A stretch of DNA of 64,000 bases. It comes from Podarcis pityusensis. Taxonomy: Eukaryota. Below the pieces are notes generated by a model. The model was not told the origin of the DNA. It searched no databases and saw only the letters and a program-made list of their open reading frames with translations. Both the position numbers and the translations under genes were made by a program. The first letter of the stretch is position 1. Each line of letters begins with the position of its first letter. The stretch lies in NCBI GenBank assembly GCA_964106645.2, contig OZ067046.1, one strand, 5' to 3'. Positions 23,370 through 37,121 of this stretch are shown piece after piece.

Positions 23370-25763
23370 TAACCACAGAGATGGCCAGCCATACAAATTG
23401 CCATCAAGTTGCAAAAAGCATTCAATTGGTACAATGGACTGGTGACCTTTGCTCAGTAGCTGCATAGATTTCTGAACCAAAATCGTGATAAATACCAAGT
23501 GTCCTAAGCAACATCCTGTTTAGTGAGCAGGTTGCAACCATAGGCGCCTTTTGCACTTTCACCCTTGCTGCAAAACATATAATTTTAATATACACTATAG
23601 GCCAACTATCTATCTATTACAAGGTTAGCTAAAGCAGCACGTGTACAGTCAACCATCCTAATTCTAAGGGCGTGTTCACATTACCACCTTAGAACACAGT
23701 ACAGCTGGGGTTTTTAGTCCTCAGCCCCAGCTGCTCACATCAGCACAGCTACATTAGTGGAAGATTAGTTTCTGTTTGTGTACACACAAAGGACATTGAT
23801 GGGGTTGGGGATGTATTTACCCCATGAAAAGATGTTCACACTTTGCCTAGAGACAAATTAGGAACAGCTTAAGGACTCCAAGGGGGTGTGAAGCTGGTTT
23901 GAGAAATGACACATCAAACAGTAGTATCAAAGTACAGGATGCATATGCATTTTAGATAACATGCTGCTGTGTGAACATGGATGAAACACCCAGCTTTGGA
24001 AACATAGTGCACAGTAAACGGGAGGTTGAGTGCAGCCAAAACTTACATGTATTAGTAACAGCACACATGAATATAGCAAAGAAACTGCCAAATTCCACCA
24101 CAGGGTTAGAATCATGCTGGAATAGAGACAATTTACTACCAGTAATCGAGCAGTATGGTCCTATGCAGGCTGACTAGGAGGAAGTACCGGTAGTCTCATT
24201 TGATTGTGCTTAAATTTACTCCAGTATAGTTTCTATATCTTTATTTTACATGGTAAAGTATTTTATATCACCTTTTGGCCCTAACAAGTGCCCCCAAAGC
24301 AATTTACAAGAAAATAAAAAAATCAGTTTGAACAGTAACAAAATTGAAATATTAAAACCTCTGTGACGGTATTGGCATCTTCCATACTGCTGAGATCACC
24401 TGTCGCAAAGTCTGCCTTGCCTGCATAGCTCTAGTGAGAGTTCGTTAAACAGAGGCCGACTGCTGTCCTATACAAGGAAGAAAATCAGCCGTTTCTTCCT
24501 TACTTTTCAACAAAAATCCAAACACCCTGCTGCAGGTTCGGATACAGCAAACCAGGGAGACCCTCCAGTAAAACACAAAAACAAGGATGGGGTATCTTAG
24601 CTGGGATTATTCCACAATGGATGTACTCTGTGAGAATTGCCTGTTCCAAACTCAAATGGAACTTGTCTTTAAGTGGAGCTCATTTAGTAGAGTTTCATCC
24701 CTAGATCTAAGAAGTTGTGGGGAAATGTAGCCTTGAAATTATTAATTAAGAATTCTAATAAATTAAGAGGCTATTAAGAGTTCTCCAATGGTTTGTATCT
24801 GGCTAATTCTACACTCGGGATACATCCATTGAAATCAATGCCCATTCAGTTCAATGGGTCTGCTATACAACCCAATATTAGCATATGATGCCTTGTGCTA
24901 CTTTTTACCAGATGCTTTTCATGTTCTCCTCCTCCTTATTATGGTCTGAACATGATGCCACCTTATTCCGTCTTCCTTCCTGCAGCCCATTCCACACAGA
25001 ATGCTGCAGTGCCTAAAGAATTTATAAGTGTATAAATAATATAACAGAAAACACTTTTGCTAATGTAACATAAGATCTTTGTATTGGAGGCACTGCTTTT
25101 CTGCACCTCTAAAAAAAGAACAATCAGAAACAGTATATATAGATGTGAAATCTTTCAAAGACTTCCAAAAAGGGAAAGGGGAAATCCTGCTCTGCTGAAG
25201 GAGGACAGTGGGAATTCAAAAAAATGCATGTATTAAATCTGGCTGAAACTATATATATATATATATATATATATAACCCCAAAACAAAACAAAACCTAAA
25301 ATTCGTGCATTTTATTTCTCTATGAATTGCTCACTGGCAAATAATTCTCATATAGAGCTTTATTTGTTTGGATTTGTACGGAAAGTTACTGGAGCTTTTA
25401 TGAAAAGTTACTGGGGCTTTTATGAAGCCAGTAATTTGCTGTGTATTTGCCTCCCACAAGGTTTCCAGACCACCTAGTTCATATAGAACGATTTTTTTAC
25501 TGGCAGTGACAGCCTCCAGGTTGAAAACTCTCTCGAGTTCTGGCCCTGGGCAAGAGAGAAAAGATGGGATAGGGAAGTTTGGGAGAGACATTATGTTTCC
25601 AATGTGTTAAAAAAATCATAAGATGCGCTTCATGGCCACTCAGGAAAAACAAAGAACAACGGATTGCAATTAACATTTCCAAGGACATCAATGTGGTCCA
25701 CAGAAGCTGCTAAACAATGGTGTCTTTTACCCCACCAGAAACTATCCACACAACCCTGTAGGT

Positions 25764-26085
25764 CGGGGGTCAGCAAACTTTTTCAGCAGGGGGCCGGTCC
25801 ACTGTCCCTCAGACATTGTAGGAGGCCGGACTATATTTTGAAGGGGGAAAATGACCGAATTCCTATGCCCCACAAATAACGCAGAGATGCATTTTAAATA
25901 AAAGCACACATTCTACTCATGTAAAAATACCAGGCGGGCCCCACAAATAACCCAGAGATGCATTTTAAATAAAAGGACACATGCTACTCATGTAAAAACA
26001 CGCTGATTCCAGGACCGTCCACGGGCCAGATTTAGAAGGTGATTGGGCCAGATCTGGGCCCCGGGCCTTAGTTTGCCTACCCATG
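25764..26085. mobile_element. hAT MITE (~320 bp) with internal duplicated ~60-bp block
   Basis: TIRs cgggggtcagcaaact / agtttgcctacccatg; TSD ctgtaggt/ctatagct (6/8). Confidence 0.88.
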
Positions 26086-29000
26086 CTATAGCTTAACGTG
26101 AAGTAATCCATAAATTCATTCCATCTTGTTTCCTTATTCATCTAGGGAAGGGTGGAGCTTTACATTTAAATATTTATTTCTGAAATGTTTTCTCTAAAAA
26201 TAAAATTTCTATAAACAGCACTGGCATGAAGTATTCAACTATATACCTCCATGTGTCTGAACTCTCATTACTCCCATCTACCTTCCAAGAATGCTCACTT
26301 TTCAAGGCTCCTTTCGACCTCTTAAGTTGCACTATACATGCTATATAGCAGCTGTCCTTGCCTGCACAGCTCACTGTGCCGCACAATTTTCACACACTCA
26401 CTGAAGTTCCTCTCAGCTTTTCGACTTCACGACTGTGAAATATATGATGCATTATTGTGAGGAAAAAGTGTTTCTTTTTGGTAAATTATTGAAGAAGTGA
26501 AAAAGAAGACATCTTAAAAAACATACTAGCAGTAGACTTAAACCACCTTACAAGAATAACAGATGTGGGCCACAACCTCTGTCAACAGGAGTTTGCGATG
26601 AGGAAGAGATTCTGGCTTTGCCTCTGCTTTTTCTTTTCCCACATAAAACAAAATATAACTTGCTTTTCAGTACACAGATATGTTCCTTGGAAAAGGGGAA
26701 TCTTCCTATCATGGCATAGCAGTTCAAAGTATTAACAAAAAATGTGAATACATAATCCACCAACAAATTCTTTCGATCGAGCCAGAACAGGAGTAGCTCA
26801 AGAGTAGTGTTGATTGTAAAAATGTACAATAATTGATAAACAATAATTCTTTAGAATAGTGTTTCTCAAGTGGATACAGATCTTTTTATATGACCGTTAA
26901 CTCTATGAAGGTCTATCTTAACTGATGACAGTGTTCAGTTATAGTTCTAGATGAATGTATTGCAATTTTTTGTCTACTTCAGGTTTAGGGTTTTTAAAAA
27001 ATCTTCACTTATATTATTTCAAGGGAAGGGTTCAGTAACAATGTAATTAAGAAAAACAGATTAGTCTGGATTGTACCTGTGTGAATGGACAGCATCACCT
27101 TAATTCATTAAGTTAAAAGTGCTACCTTGTGAAAAGGGCATATGTATTGTTCCAAAGTGTTTGCTGAAGGTATTTAACTGATAGCAGTTTGATGTCATGT
27201 TACCATCAGTAAACAGCATGTGTGTTAATTCAGGAAGAGGAAAGCCAAATTTACAGAAAGACAGGTTTAGTTAATGCTAAAACTCCTTGGGTAAATGTTG
27301 AAAGGAAGTGAATTCTATCTTGGCAACTTGGTAACAAGAATTTAACTTATCAGTGCTAATCAGGCAACATTATACTTAAGAGATAAACTGAGCAGCATTT
27401 CTAAGAGAACTGAAGGACTGAAAGGCTTTCCAAATTGCTAGCTACTGCTCACATTCCTGGCAGATCTAAGAATTATGCTGCCTAGAAAACTAATAATATA
27501 TTAAGAAGTGTGTGTCAAATGATGTTTAAATGCATGTATAAACGTAAGAAATTAATAAAAGGGTTCTACTGATTTGGGATGCCAGATTCTCGGTGTTTTT
27601 TCAGTAATGTAGAATAAATTAAGCAGTGCCTAAATGATAAAGTGGCTTGTCAGATGTACAGAGCTGACCTGGAGAATATGTACATTCATAGAACTTTGGG
27701 CTGTCTTTAACGATGGTGCTATATTGTAAAAAATATAGCAGTAAACTCTGATCAAATGTGTGGGAACAAAAACTGCTATTATTTGAAGGCTGTGGAAACT
27801 GAAGAAATTAATAAGGAACATCACATAGGAAGATGGAACTGGGAGGAATAACTTTGGGAACAGCACAGTCTTGGGAGTGCTCACGGAGTAGAGGATGCAA
27901 GAAGGCAAATAAGAGGAAGGGAGCAAGAGATATTGGCTGCGACCCAGGGAAGCATGCATTAACAGTGTGCTTCCCTCATCTTGCTCCTCCATTCAGCAGC
28001 TCCTTTATACTATTTCACAGGCTGCTCCGGGAACGGAAAAAGCAGCTTGCAATGTGGCACAGAGCAGGAGGGAATGTTCCTCAGGAAAAAGAGAAAGGCT
28101 TCCTGTAAATGTGCAAGTTCCTGTGAGCATTTGTGACCCTTCTCCAGTCTGGAAGAGAACCGTAGAAGAAAGCCTAAGGCAAGGAAGAGGAGCTGGAAGC
28201 TGATATAGACAAGCTAAATGAGCAGGGCAATAATTCTTCCACTCACCCCTGGCCACCCCATCATGTACAGGAAAAGGAAAGTGGAAATTCAAACACTAAG
28301 GAATATTATTCCATGAATACACCTGAATGTTAATTTCCACAAGTTTGTTTTCCATCAGCACGATAATGTCATGGCAGGTTTATTTAAAAAAAAAAAATTA
28401 AAAATTCCCATGACCTCAGGGGAGCTATTTGCAAACTCCTGCTATACGTGAACACTCTTTTACAAAGACAGGGTATCTGGAAAGAAAACTGGCAAGAAAA
28501 CATTAAAGCTTTTTTTTCCTCCTAAGCAGGATGCTTATTAAGGTGAAAAGATTGCATCCAATAAATAAAGATGCAGGACCAAACAAAATTCATTGCTAAA
28601 CTGGGGGTGAGTCTACAATTTAGCTTCCTGTAGCCTTTTGCTTCACACCCAACACAGGGAAAAGTTCATCCTTCTTGCTAAGATTGCCTTCCTGAAGATA
28701 CAGGAAACATAATGTGTCTGCTGCAGCAAGATTCCCATACCCATAATTTTTCAGATTAAAATTTATTTTGCTATAGATTAGCAGGTTCAAATAGCCATCT
28801 CCCTGCCAGTGCTTATCAAAACTTTTGAAATACATAACTTTATTATTTTTACAGGACATTTAGTTATCAGAACCTGTATCTTTTAAGTGCCTTATGGGAA
28901 TATATATAATCCACTTTTAAAGCCATATTAACCAATGGTCATCTCTGTACTTTATGCCAATGAATTATATGCTATATATGCTATGTGGGAATCTATCCTG

Positions 29001-29865
29001 TTCTGATTATAAAGCATGAGGGGCTAAGAAGTTTCAATTACATTGATCATAAGATGCGGCGGGGGGGGGGAATTGCTTTGAAAGGCAGCATGTATGTTTT
29101 TAAATATAATAAAAATACAGAATAAGTTTCCTTATTACATCAATTCCATGATTTTAATGAGTTGTGAACAGAAAACTTTGCATTCCCTGCAACACCTGTA
29201 AGTCTAATGCTGAATAAATAACTATCTCAAAAGGAAAACCATACTAAACAAGGTCTGAGCTGTGAAGAGTTTCTTTACAGAGCAAAATCAGGTGAAAAAT
29301 ATTACCTGGTTTTCATCCTTCGGAAAACACATCGTGTCTAATCTAATCTGTTCACCTGCTTTAGCAGTCTTCCTACTGGCTCTGTCAAAAGTAGTTTTCC
29401 CATAAAGTTAATGGAGCTTTTCAAGAATGGCATCTTTGGTATGTCTGCATTAGCAGAGACTGTTTTTAGGGTCATCTGGTATTATCATAATCAATTAAGA
29501 TGACCAGGAGCACACAGCAATGCTCACTGATATATTTAATGCATCACTGCACAAAAATGCAGCTCCCCAAAGTCTTGATTTGCCTCAATTGGGGGGGGGG
29601 TGCAACCAGAGTGAAATCCTTATGGCATTGTCAAAGGAAGAGAATAAGGGAAGCACACAGCTTCGATTGCCTCTGCCCTGTTAGAAGTGGGGGACGGGCG
29701 GGTTGAGCATAGTTTTTGGTGCAGTTATGAAACCTTCAAAAAGAAAGGAAGTTGTGATAAGACATCTGCGATCTGTGCCAAAGCATGTTTACTCAGAAGC
29801 CAGTCCTGTTGAAATGAATGCTCCTGCCGCGTAAGTTTGCATATCAAGCTAAATTTAAGAATAAT

Positions 29866-30000
29866 GTATTCAGTTCTGGGAACCAGAGCTTAAGAAGATG
29901 CAAAGGATTCAGACCAGAGCTACAAATAACAGTGAAGAATGAGATAAATCTTCTGGAAAGGATAGGGTAACTGAAAATGCTTTTTTCTAAAGAAAAACGA
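29866..30000 (+). mobile_element. Very old CR1 ORF2 fragment
   Basis: Degenerate match to the CR1 segment CVQFW.P..KKD....QRRAT...ERL..L..FSLEKR. Confidence 0.45.
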
Positions 30001-30525
30001 TAGAGAAACAGGGTGTTAAAAAATAAACAACAATAATAATACTCTCACCCTCTACTCACTGAAACCTGTGTGACAGAATGCTTTTAAGCTTCCTAGTTAT
30101 AAGTGTATACTGGCAATAATGCTTTGAGGATTCGAGGAGGCATCACCTTTGCTGAAGGTTTCCAAGACTTTGTCAGCCAAGCTTTTCTGTAGGATATCCC
30201 GTCTTAAGGCAGCGCATTGCTTTATTTGGCTCCTTTCCATCACTACGATTTATTGAAGCTCAGAAACTGCTGATCCCAATGATTAACTGGTACAATCTAA
30301 TCTTTTGGCTTTTGTTTTGAAAGTTTATCCACCACAACCTTTTTTTTTTTACTAAAAGATGTCTAAACAAGTCTATCTAAATGAAAGCTAAGGTTGTTCA
30401 AACTGCCCTTGGTACATCTCTTTCTTAAAAATAAATAAAATGGCCATCAGTCTAGTGTTTTCTTGCTACAGCAGCAATAAATCATGATGTTCCGATACGT
30501 CTTCTGGTGTAGTTTGTTCACCATT

Positions 30526-30768
30526 GGTCCCCACTGCGCATTCAGCTCTCACCTGTGGCTCCTAGAAGCTGTTGGTATGCAACAGTGGCCATGCCCTGGA
30601 AAACAGCTTCAACTGGATGGCAAAACCAGCTATGGATAGGCAATGGAGTCAGCCCAGGACCCTCATAAACACTGCTCAGGCTTGCACACTTTGGTAACAA
30701 AAAACAGCATTTTGACTTTAATCCCAGAAGCGCACTCCATTGTCTCTTGAGACAGATGGATGCCAACA
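30526..30768 (+). mobile_element. RTE-derived non-autonomous retroelement, partial
   Basis: Shares cagcccaggacc...ggcttgcac and the RTE-type 3' end ccattgtctcttgagacagatggatgccaac with 58737-59120. Confidence 0.6.
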
Positions 30769-31692
30769 ATACCCTTTAAATATTGTAAAATGATACAAGA
30801 TTAAAGTGCACATTAGGCAACTTTATTTTATCCTCGTAATCTTCCTCCAAACATACTTTTTAAAAACATCTCCTCTTTCTGCTCTTTTAGCAGTCGGATT
30901 CACATCACTCCTACATTACAGAAATGCCTTCAAAGCTAGACATTCTTTAGACGAGCATTATGCCAATTTTTCTCTGATACTTAGCCCCCTTTGTTAATAC
31001 TGTGTGCAATCCGCTATCATAACACCAGAGAGGAATGATGGGGAAACAGTTTAAACAATTATGAATCACTACCTGTCTTATGGCAGCAACATTTGTTGAT
31101 ATATGGATGATGTATAGTAATATTTTTATATGAAAAATGGCACATTTCAATACTCTATAAAGGGATGTCCAACCAGTAGATCATTATCTACTGGTAGATC
31201 GCCGGCTGATCCTGGTAGATCGCGGGGCCTGGGCGAAGGCCTCTTATACACCTGCTGGGATTGACAAGGCATCTCACCCTCACCTGAATCTCATAACTCT
31301 GCTGACAGGTGATTTGGTCTGCAGCCACAGTGTGGAAATAAAGGATGAGATTGCCCACCAGATATCAGGCACTCTACTATTCAAATTAGTCCCCAGTGTT
31401 TATGTTACGATCCCCTTCTCAATTAAGTAATCCATTTTAATCTAGAATTTAAATTCTCAAAGCTTTCTTATTTGTTAAGTCGAGCAAGTAAACTACTGCT
31501 CTCACTTCATTACAAACAGTATTTCTACCTGCAACACACTTGAGCAAACCTGCTCCTCTTCCTTTCACAGATATTTTGTTGCCACTTGCAACTGTAGCTG
31601 CCTCTGATTAGTTATCATTTAACTCTTGGGGACAATAATTAGCATCGCACGTCATATGCATGGAAGTTGCCAAACCAATTAACCAACTAGAA

Positions 31693-31875
31693 CAGGGGTA
31701 GGCAACCTAAGGCCCGGGGACCGAATGTGGCCCAATCGCCTTCTCAATCGGGCCCGCAGACGGTCCGGGAATCAGTGTGTTTTTACATGAGTAGAATATG
31801 TGCTTTTATTTAAACTGCATCTCTGGGTTATTTGTGGGGCATAGGAATTGGTTCATATTTTTTCAAAAAATGTAG
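31693..31875. mobile_element. hAT MITE, truncated, same family as 25764 and 33629
   Basis: caggggtaggcaacctaaggcccgg start; one copy of the internal block; other end missing. Confidence 0.8.
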
Positions 31876-32536
31876 CAATCTGGCCCTGAAAGGGATATTA
31901 TCCCAACATTATTTACCCCAAACTAATTTAACTACACAGGCAGTGATCTGGATCAATCAAAGATCAAATCAATTTTATTTAACCTCCATAAAACCAAGAT
32001 TTTGTTTTAACTGTGCTTAAGCGTATAGAATTCTAATCTGCATCTTCATTTAGACATTTCATGATAATAGACAATTTTTTCACTTCTATAATTTGCTATA
32101 CTGTATTGATTTCAGATTTTTAAAATATACAGCAATAATTCTCAGGAAACAACAAATAAAGACAAAAACAGTATGAACTAAAACATCTGGAGGCAAGCTA
32201 TGAGTAAAGCAACAATTTCTTATTTTTTTGTACAAACTCAGCTGCAAAAAAAAAAAAAACAGACATAGCTATCAAGTTATTAAATTTAAAAACCTCATCA
32301 AAACAAATAATCTGGCTGTGGCCCAAAAGACCACAGAACTCTGCTGTGTACATGAAACTTTGGCCAAGCAACAGCCAACCCATTCACTACAAAGGCCAAT
32401 AACATTCCAGCTGCACAATTTCATGGTGCATGCAAAGAATTTCCTAGTGCTGAGGTGGAAGGAACAAGCCCATAAAGTTACTCAGGACACATTAGTGTTT
32501 TCCCAACTACAGAGATGCTGAATTATGGACATCTAA

Positions 32537-33037
32537 GAATTGATGCTTTTGAATTATGGTGCTGGAGGAGACTCTTGAGAGTCCCATGTACTGCAAGAAG
32601 ATCAAACCTATCCATTCTTAAGGAAATCAACCCTGAGTGCTCACTGGAAGGACAGATCCTGAAGCTGAGACTCCAATACTTTGGCCACCTCATGAGAAGA
32701 GAAGACTCCCTGGAAAAGACCCTGATCCCAGGTTCTTTTGTAAATCACTACTACCACCTTGAATTTGGCTCAGTAACAGATTGGCAGCCAATGCAATTCT
32801 TTAGGAATTGGTGTAATATGATATGTGTAATATGGTGTAATATGTTGGGAAAGATGGAGGGCACAAGGAGGAGGGGACAACAGAGGACGAGATGGCTGGA
32901 CAGTGTTCTCAAAGCTACCAGCATGAGTTTGACCAAACTGCAGAAGGCAGTGGAAGACAGGAGTGCCTGGCGTGCTCTGGTCCATGGGGTCACGAAGACT
33001 CGGACATGACTAAACAACTAAACAACAACAACAACAA
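32537..33037 (+). mobile_element. Bov-B LINE 3' fragment carrying a 117-bp foreign insert
   Basis: RIDAFELWCWRRLLRVP...EKTL[insert 32727-32843]MLGKMEGTRRRG..., a (CAA)n tail, and a probable TSD gacatctaa/gacttctaa. Confidence 0.92.
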
Positions 33038-33059
33038 GACTTCTAAAAGCACCCATTAA

Positions 33060-33370
33060 TTAGTACCGGAAACTCATCAAATTTCAAGAAGGAGAGCATT
33101 TATAATTGGGACATCACTACAGAAAATGCCCTTTTCCTAACTGCCACATAACATATTTCCTTTGGATACAGAACAGTTAGGAGAGCTTCAGCCGCTGCTC
33201 TTAGCTCACAGGTGGAATGGTATGGGAAGAGGCACTCCTTCAAATATATAGATCCCAAGTTCTTTTGTAAATCACTACTACCACCTTGAATTTGGCTCAG
33301 TAACAGATTGGCAGCCAATGCAATTCTTTAGGAATTGGTGTAATATGATATGTGTAATATGGTGTAATAT
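33060..33370 (-). mobile_element. Old L2 LINE ORF2 3' fragment
   Basis: Minus strand reads HITPIPKELHWLPI and LGSIYLKECLFPYHSTCELRAAAEALLTV...RKRAFSVVMSQL, which are L2 C-terminal motifs. Confidence 0.8.
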
Positions 33371-33556
33371 GTTGGGAAAGATGGAGGGCACAAGGAGAAG
33401 GGGAGGACAGAGGACGAGATGGTTGGACAGTGTTCTTGAAGCTACAAACATGAGTCTGACCAAACTGCGGGAGGCAGTGGAAGACAGGAGTGCCTGGCGT
33501 GCTCCGGTCCATGGGGTCATGAAGAGTCGGACACGACTAAACGACAACAACAACAA
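33371..33556 (+). mobile_element. Short 5'-truncated Bov-B 3' end
   Basis: MLGKMEGTRRRGGQRTRWLDSVLEATNMSLTKLREAVEDRSAWRA followed by (CAA)n. Confidence 0.92.
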
Positions 33557-33628
33557 TTCTCTTCTAGGATTCTCCACCCCCCAAAAAAGCACAACTTACC
33601 TGTTTCAACTCTTAGTCACTACTCAGAG

Positions 33629-33958
33629 CATGGGTAGGCAAACTAAGGCCCGGGAGCCAGAGCCAGCCCAGTCACCTTTTAAATCCAGCCCATGGACAGT
33701 CCAGAAATCAGCATGCTTTTACAAGAGTAGTATGTGTGCTTTTATTTAAAATGCATCTCTGGGTTATTTGTGGGGCCTGTCTGGTGCTTTTATATGAGTA
33801 GAATGTGTGCTTTTAATTAAAATGCATCTCTGGGTTATCTGTGGGACATAGGAATTTGTTCTTTTTTTCTTTTCTTTTTTTCAAAATATAGTCCGGCCCC
33901 CCACAAGGTCTGAGGGACAGTGGACCAGCCCCCTGCTGAAAAAGTTTGCTGACCCCTT
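33629..33958. mobile_element. hAT MITE (~330 bp), inverted relative to the 25764 copy
   Basis: TIRs catgggtaggcaaact / agtttgctgacccctt; perfect 8-bp TSD actcagag (33621-33628 / 33959-33966). Confidence 0.93.
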
Positions 33959-34323
33959 ACTCAGAGTATAACCATTCCACAACATCAGGACTAGCTAAAC
34001 CCCAGGCACTTACTTCTATAGGTACTAAAACAAACTGTTGCTGATACTAATAAATTCAAAAGGTTTCTTCAGCTCTTCTTATGGCCAATATCTAAAGACC
34101 TAACTCTAGAAAAAGAACACCGGAAACTAAGAATCTAACACTTTCCCCACATTTTCACAGATTCTTCTATTTTATTAGATATTTTTAACACTAAGAAAGA
34201 TGATTTTGGAGGGGGGGAGCCCAACACTGAGGATATGTCTGATTTTCCCCTGCATGTGCTAGTTTATTGTTTCTGCACGTGACTCCAGTTTTTTAAAAAA
34301 TTGTAAGTAGGAAGCATGAATGA

Positions 34324-34349
<26 letters not shown>
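34324..34349. repeat. (TG)n microsatellite
   Basis: About 13 units. Confidence 0.9.
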
Positions 34350-34354
<5 letters not shown>

Positions 34355-35272
34355 GGGTGTTTGTTTGTGAGGGAGACTTCCAGCTAAGTGGCAGGATGCA
34401 GGCTACCAGGAAGAGATAACTAAGGCAATAGTGAGCACTTCTAATATGTAAGCAAGTTTGGCAGGACTCAATACTGTACTGCAGTCGGGAAATTAGATAA
34501 CAAAAGGTTGGCAATGTGTATTTTGCTCTTGAAGAGAACAGATTATATCAGATAAGTGAACAGCCAAATACTCACATCATGCCTTTCCTAACAATAACAT
34601 AAACAGGAACACCTAGAAGTGATAAAAAATGGTAATATTTTGGTTGGAAGAAAATGTTTCTTTGAACATTTGTCCACTAAAATTGCTTTTTTGTTTGTTT
34701 GTTTGTTTGTTTGTTTGTTTATGCAAACTTATAAAACTAGCATTCCCCTTTACAAAAAAAAACTTCCTGCATAATGTACAGATGAACTTAACACAGTTGC
34801 TTACACAATGCCTGAGTGTTTAAGGACATGATCTATTCTTCTTCTCCTATTCACCTGAAAACTGACAAAGCATTCCAAATGCTTTGTTAAAATCTATGAG
34901 GCTTTTTGTGGTTGTGCCTAGTTTTAGCTTGTGTGTTTGTTAGCTAAAAAGTGCAAATTTGTTAACCATAGCGCTGATTAATTATACAATCCCACATATA
35001 CCTGTCAGCATGTCAACCAAAGAGGATAAACACAATAAATTTCATGACTCATCCACTGTTTCCAATACTATTCAATGTGGCATTTGACTTCAAATGTGAT
35101 TTTCTCAGGGGTCTAGACTCAAGGCTACAGTTATCCTGAATTTGGTTTGACAGTCCTTGTGACACCGGCAAAATAAGACCTAATTCAGCATACATTACTG
35201 TGAAAGCTTCCTCATTATTCAGTCTTCAATCTAGGTAAGTTAAGAAAGAACCACATGGCCAGGATGATTAGT

Positions 35273-35408
35273 CAGGCATAGGCAAACTCCAGCCCTCCAG
35301 ATGTTTGGGACTACAATGCCCATCATTCCTAGCTAACAGGACCAGTTGTCAGGGATGATGGGAATTGTAGTCCCAAACATCTGGAGGGCCGGAGTTTACT
35401 TATGACTG
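35273..35408. mobile_element. 136-bp palindromic hAT MITE
   Basis: Long inverted arms caggcataggcaaactcc.gccctccagatgtttgggactaca / tgtagtcccaaacatctggagggccggagtttacttatgactg; approximate TSD gattag(g)t. Confidence 0.88.
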
Positions 35409-36752
35409 GATTAGGTTCATTCAACCTGAAGGGTCATGCTAGCCTGAGAAGGAATTAAATCGTTTGCCTTTTCCACATGCATCTTCCATACCCAGAAAGC
35501 AGTAAGAACAGACCATTAGTTACACTGATCCAAAGTTCTGATTCCATTCATGATCCCTGAGTTGTGTTGCAAGACATCACCAGGCTGAAACTGCCTTTTT
35601 CTTATCAACGCATAATAAATAATTGCACAAAATGCATTTTCAGGGACACGGTATTATAACTCATAAGGGAGAAAGCCTTCCGTTTGATAAAGTCCAATCA
35701 CTCCCACCCCAAGTAACTGATTTGTTGAAGATGCATGCTTATGTCAATCTGTCATTTAGTGTCTGTAGCTTGTTTTTTATTCAACAATGCGGGAGGATTA
35801 AATGTTAGTTGTTATTATTATTACATTTAGCACCTCCAAGTGTGTGGGAACATGTGAAACTCCCTGATTTGATACATGGAAACGTTGCAGAGTTGCAAAG
35901 GTTTGCTATTCTGCATAATTCATGCCTGGATGACGTACAACATTTGCAAAAATGTATCAGATTTCATGTTGCTAATACTATACATAAATACAAGGGAATG
36001 TTTAACAAATTAAATTGAAATAAGATTTTAAATTGAAATTAAGGGGGTGGGATTAAATGCCGGTGCAATGACACTCTGATGGTATATGGTCCTGAATACC
36101 ATTAAGTACACATGTCAGACTACAGCTCCAGTCCTCCTCACATGCTTTCTTTACTGAATTCCACACAGTATTCAACGGTTGGCACTGCAACATTCTTCTG
36201 TTTGTACAAGATCTGAAAATCTCTCATCTAAAGTGGCTCTTCAAAATTTATAAAAGGCTTTATATTAGCGTAAGTGGACAAAGAACATGAAAGTAATAAA
36301 ATCTGAATTGACAATAAGGATTAGCAATTGCTCTGCATTTGCAAAATTCCTTCTATCTGCTACCTATCAATGCATGTGCCGGCCTTAACCATCATTTCTG
36401 GCTGAATAGGTTTTGTAGTTCCAGTCTTTTCAGACTGTATATTTAGTTTCTTTAGCAGCTAATTGATTTAAATACTTGACTAACCGCCCAATCCTTAACT
36501 GTGCCAGCACATAACCACTCTAGTATGGGAATTTATTAAATAGATGGAATAAGTTCAGAGGGGACATCTGTTCTATGGCATTTTGTTAGGGTTGCCAGCT
36601 CCTGGAGGGAAAATGCTAATACAGTGGAACAGTCAGAGTCTAGCTTGAAACAAGAGGGCCATTTATTAATTAATTAATTAACAATTAATTAACAAAACCA
36701 CCCTTCGTCACTAAGTAACCACAGGGTGGTTTCCCACATAGTAACTAAAACC

Positions 36753-36790
36753 AAAATAAAATAAAATAAAATAAAATAAAATAAAATAAA
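36753..36790. repeat. (AAAAT)n microsatellite within a minus-strand LINE tail
   Basis: About 7 units. Confidence 0.85.
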
Positions 36791-37121
36791 CCACACGATT
36801 CCCATGAAATAAAGTTCAGCATAAGACCATTTCAAGTAAACAGCAGCAGATCAAACTGAGGCCCTAAGAGCCACAACAGAATAGCTTAGATTCCTACAAA
36901 GACCTGAGGAAAAAGGTATGTTTTCACCAGGTGTTAGAGGCTTGATCATGTTGCAGGCATCCACATCTCAAGGGGCCTACAGGAGGAGTGGATTCCACAG
37001 CAGCGGGATGAATGTGCAACTAAGCATGCCACCTACCCAACAAGCCACTTCTTCAAGGCCCCCAGTCGCGCTGACTGGAATTCTAGGCTAAAGAGGCAAC
37101 TATTTCAGCTTTCGAAAGATC

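Noticed and set aside
32515-33749. 164-aa and 143-aa ORFs as a novel gene pair
   Set aside because: Chimeras of the Bov-B ORF end with antisense L2 and MITE sequence, explained by the templated insertion.
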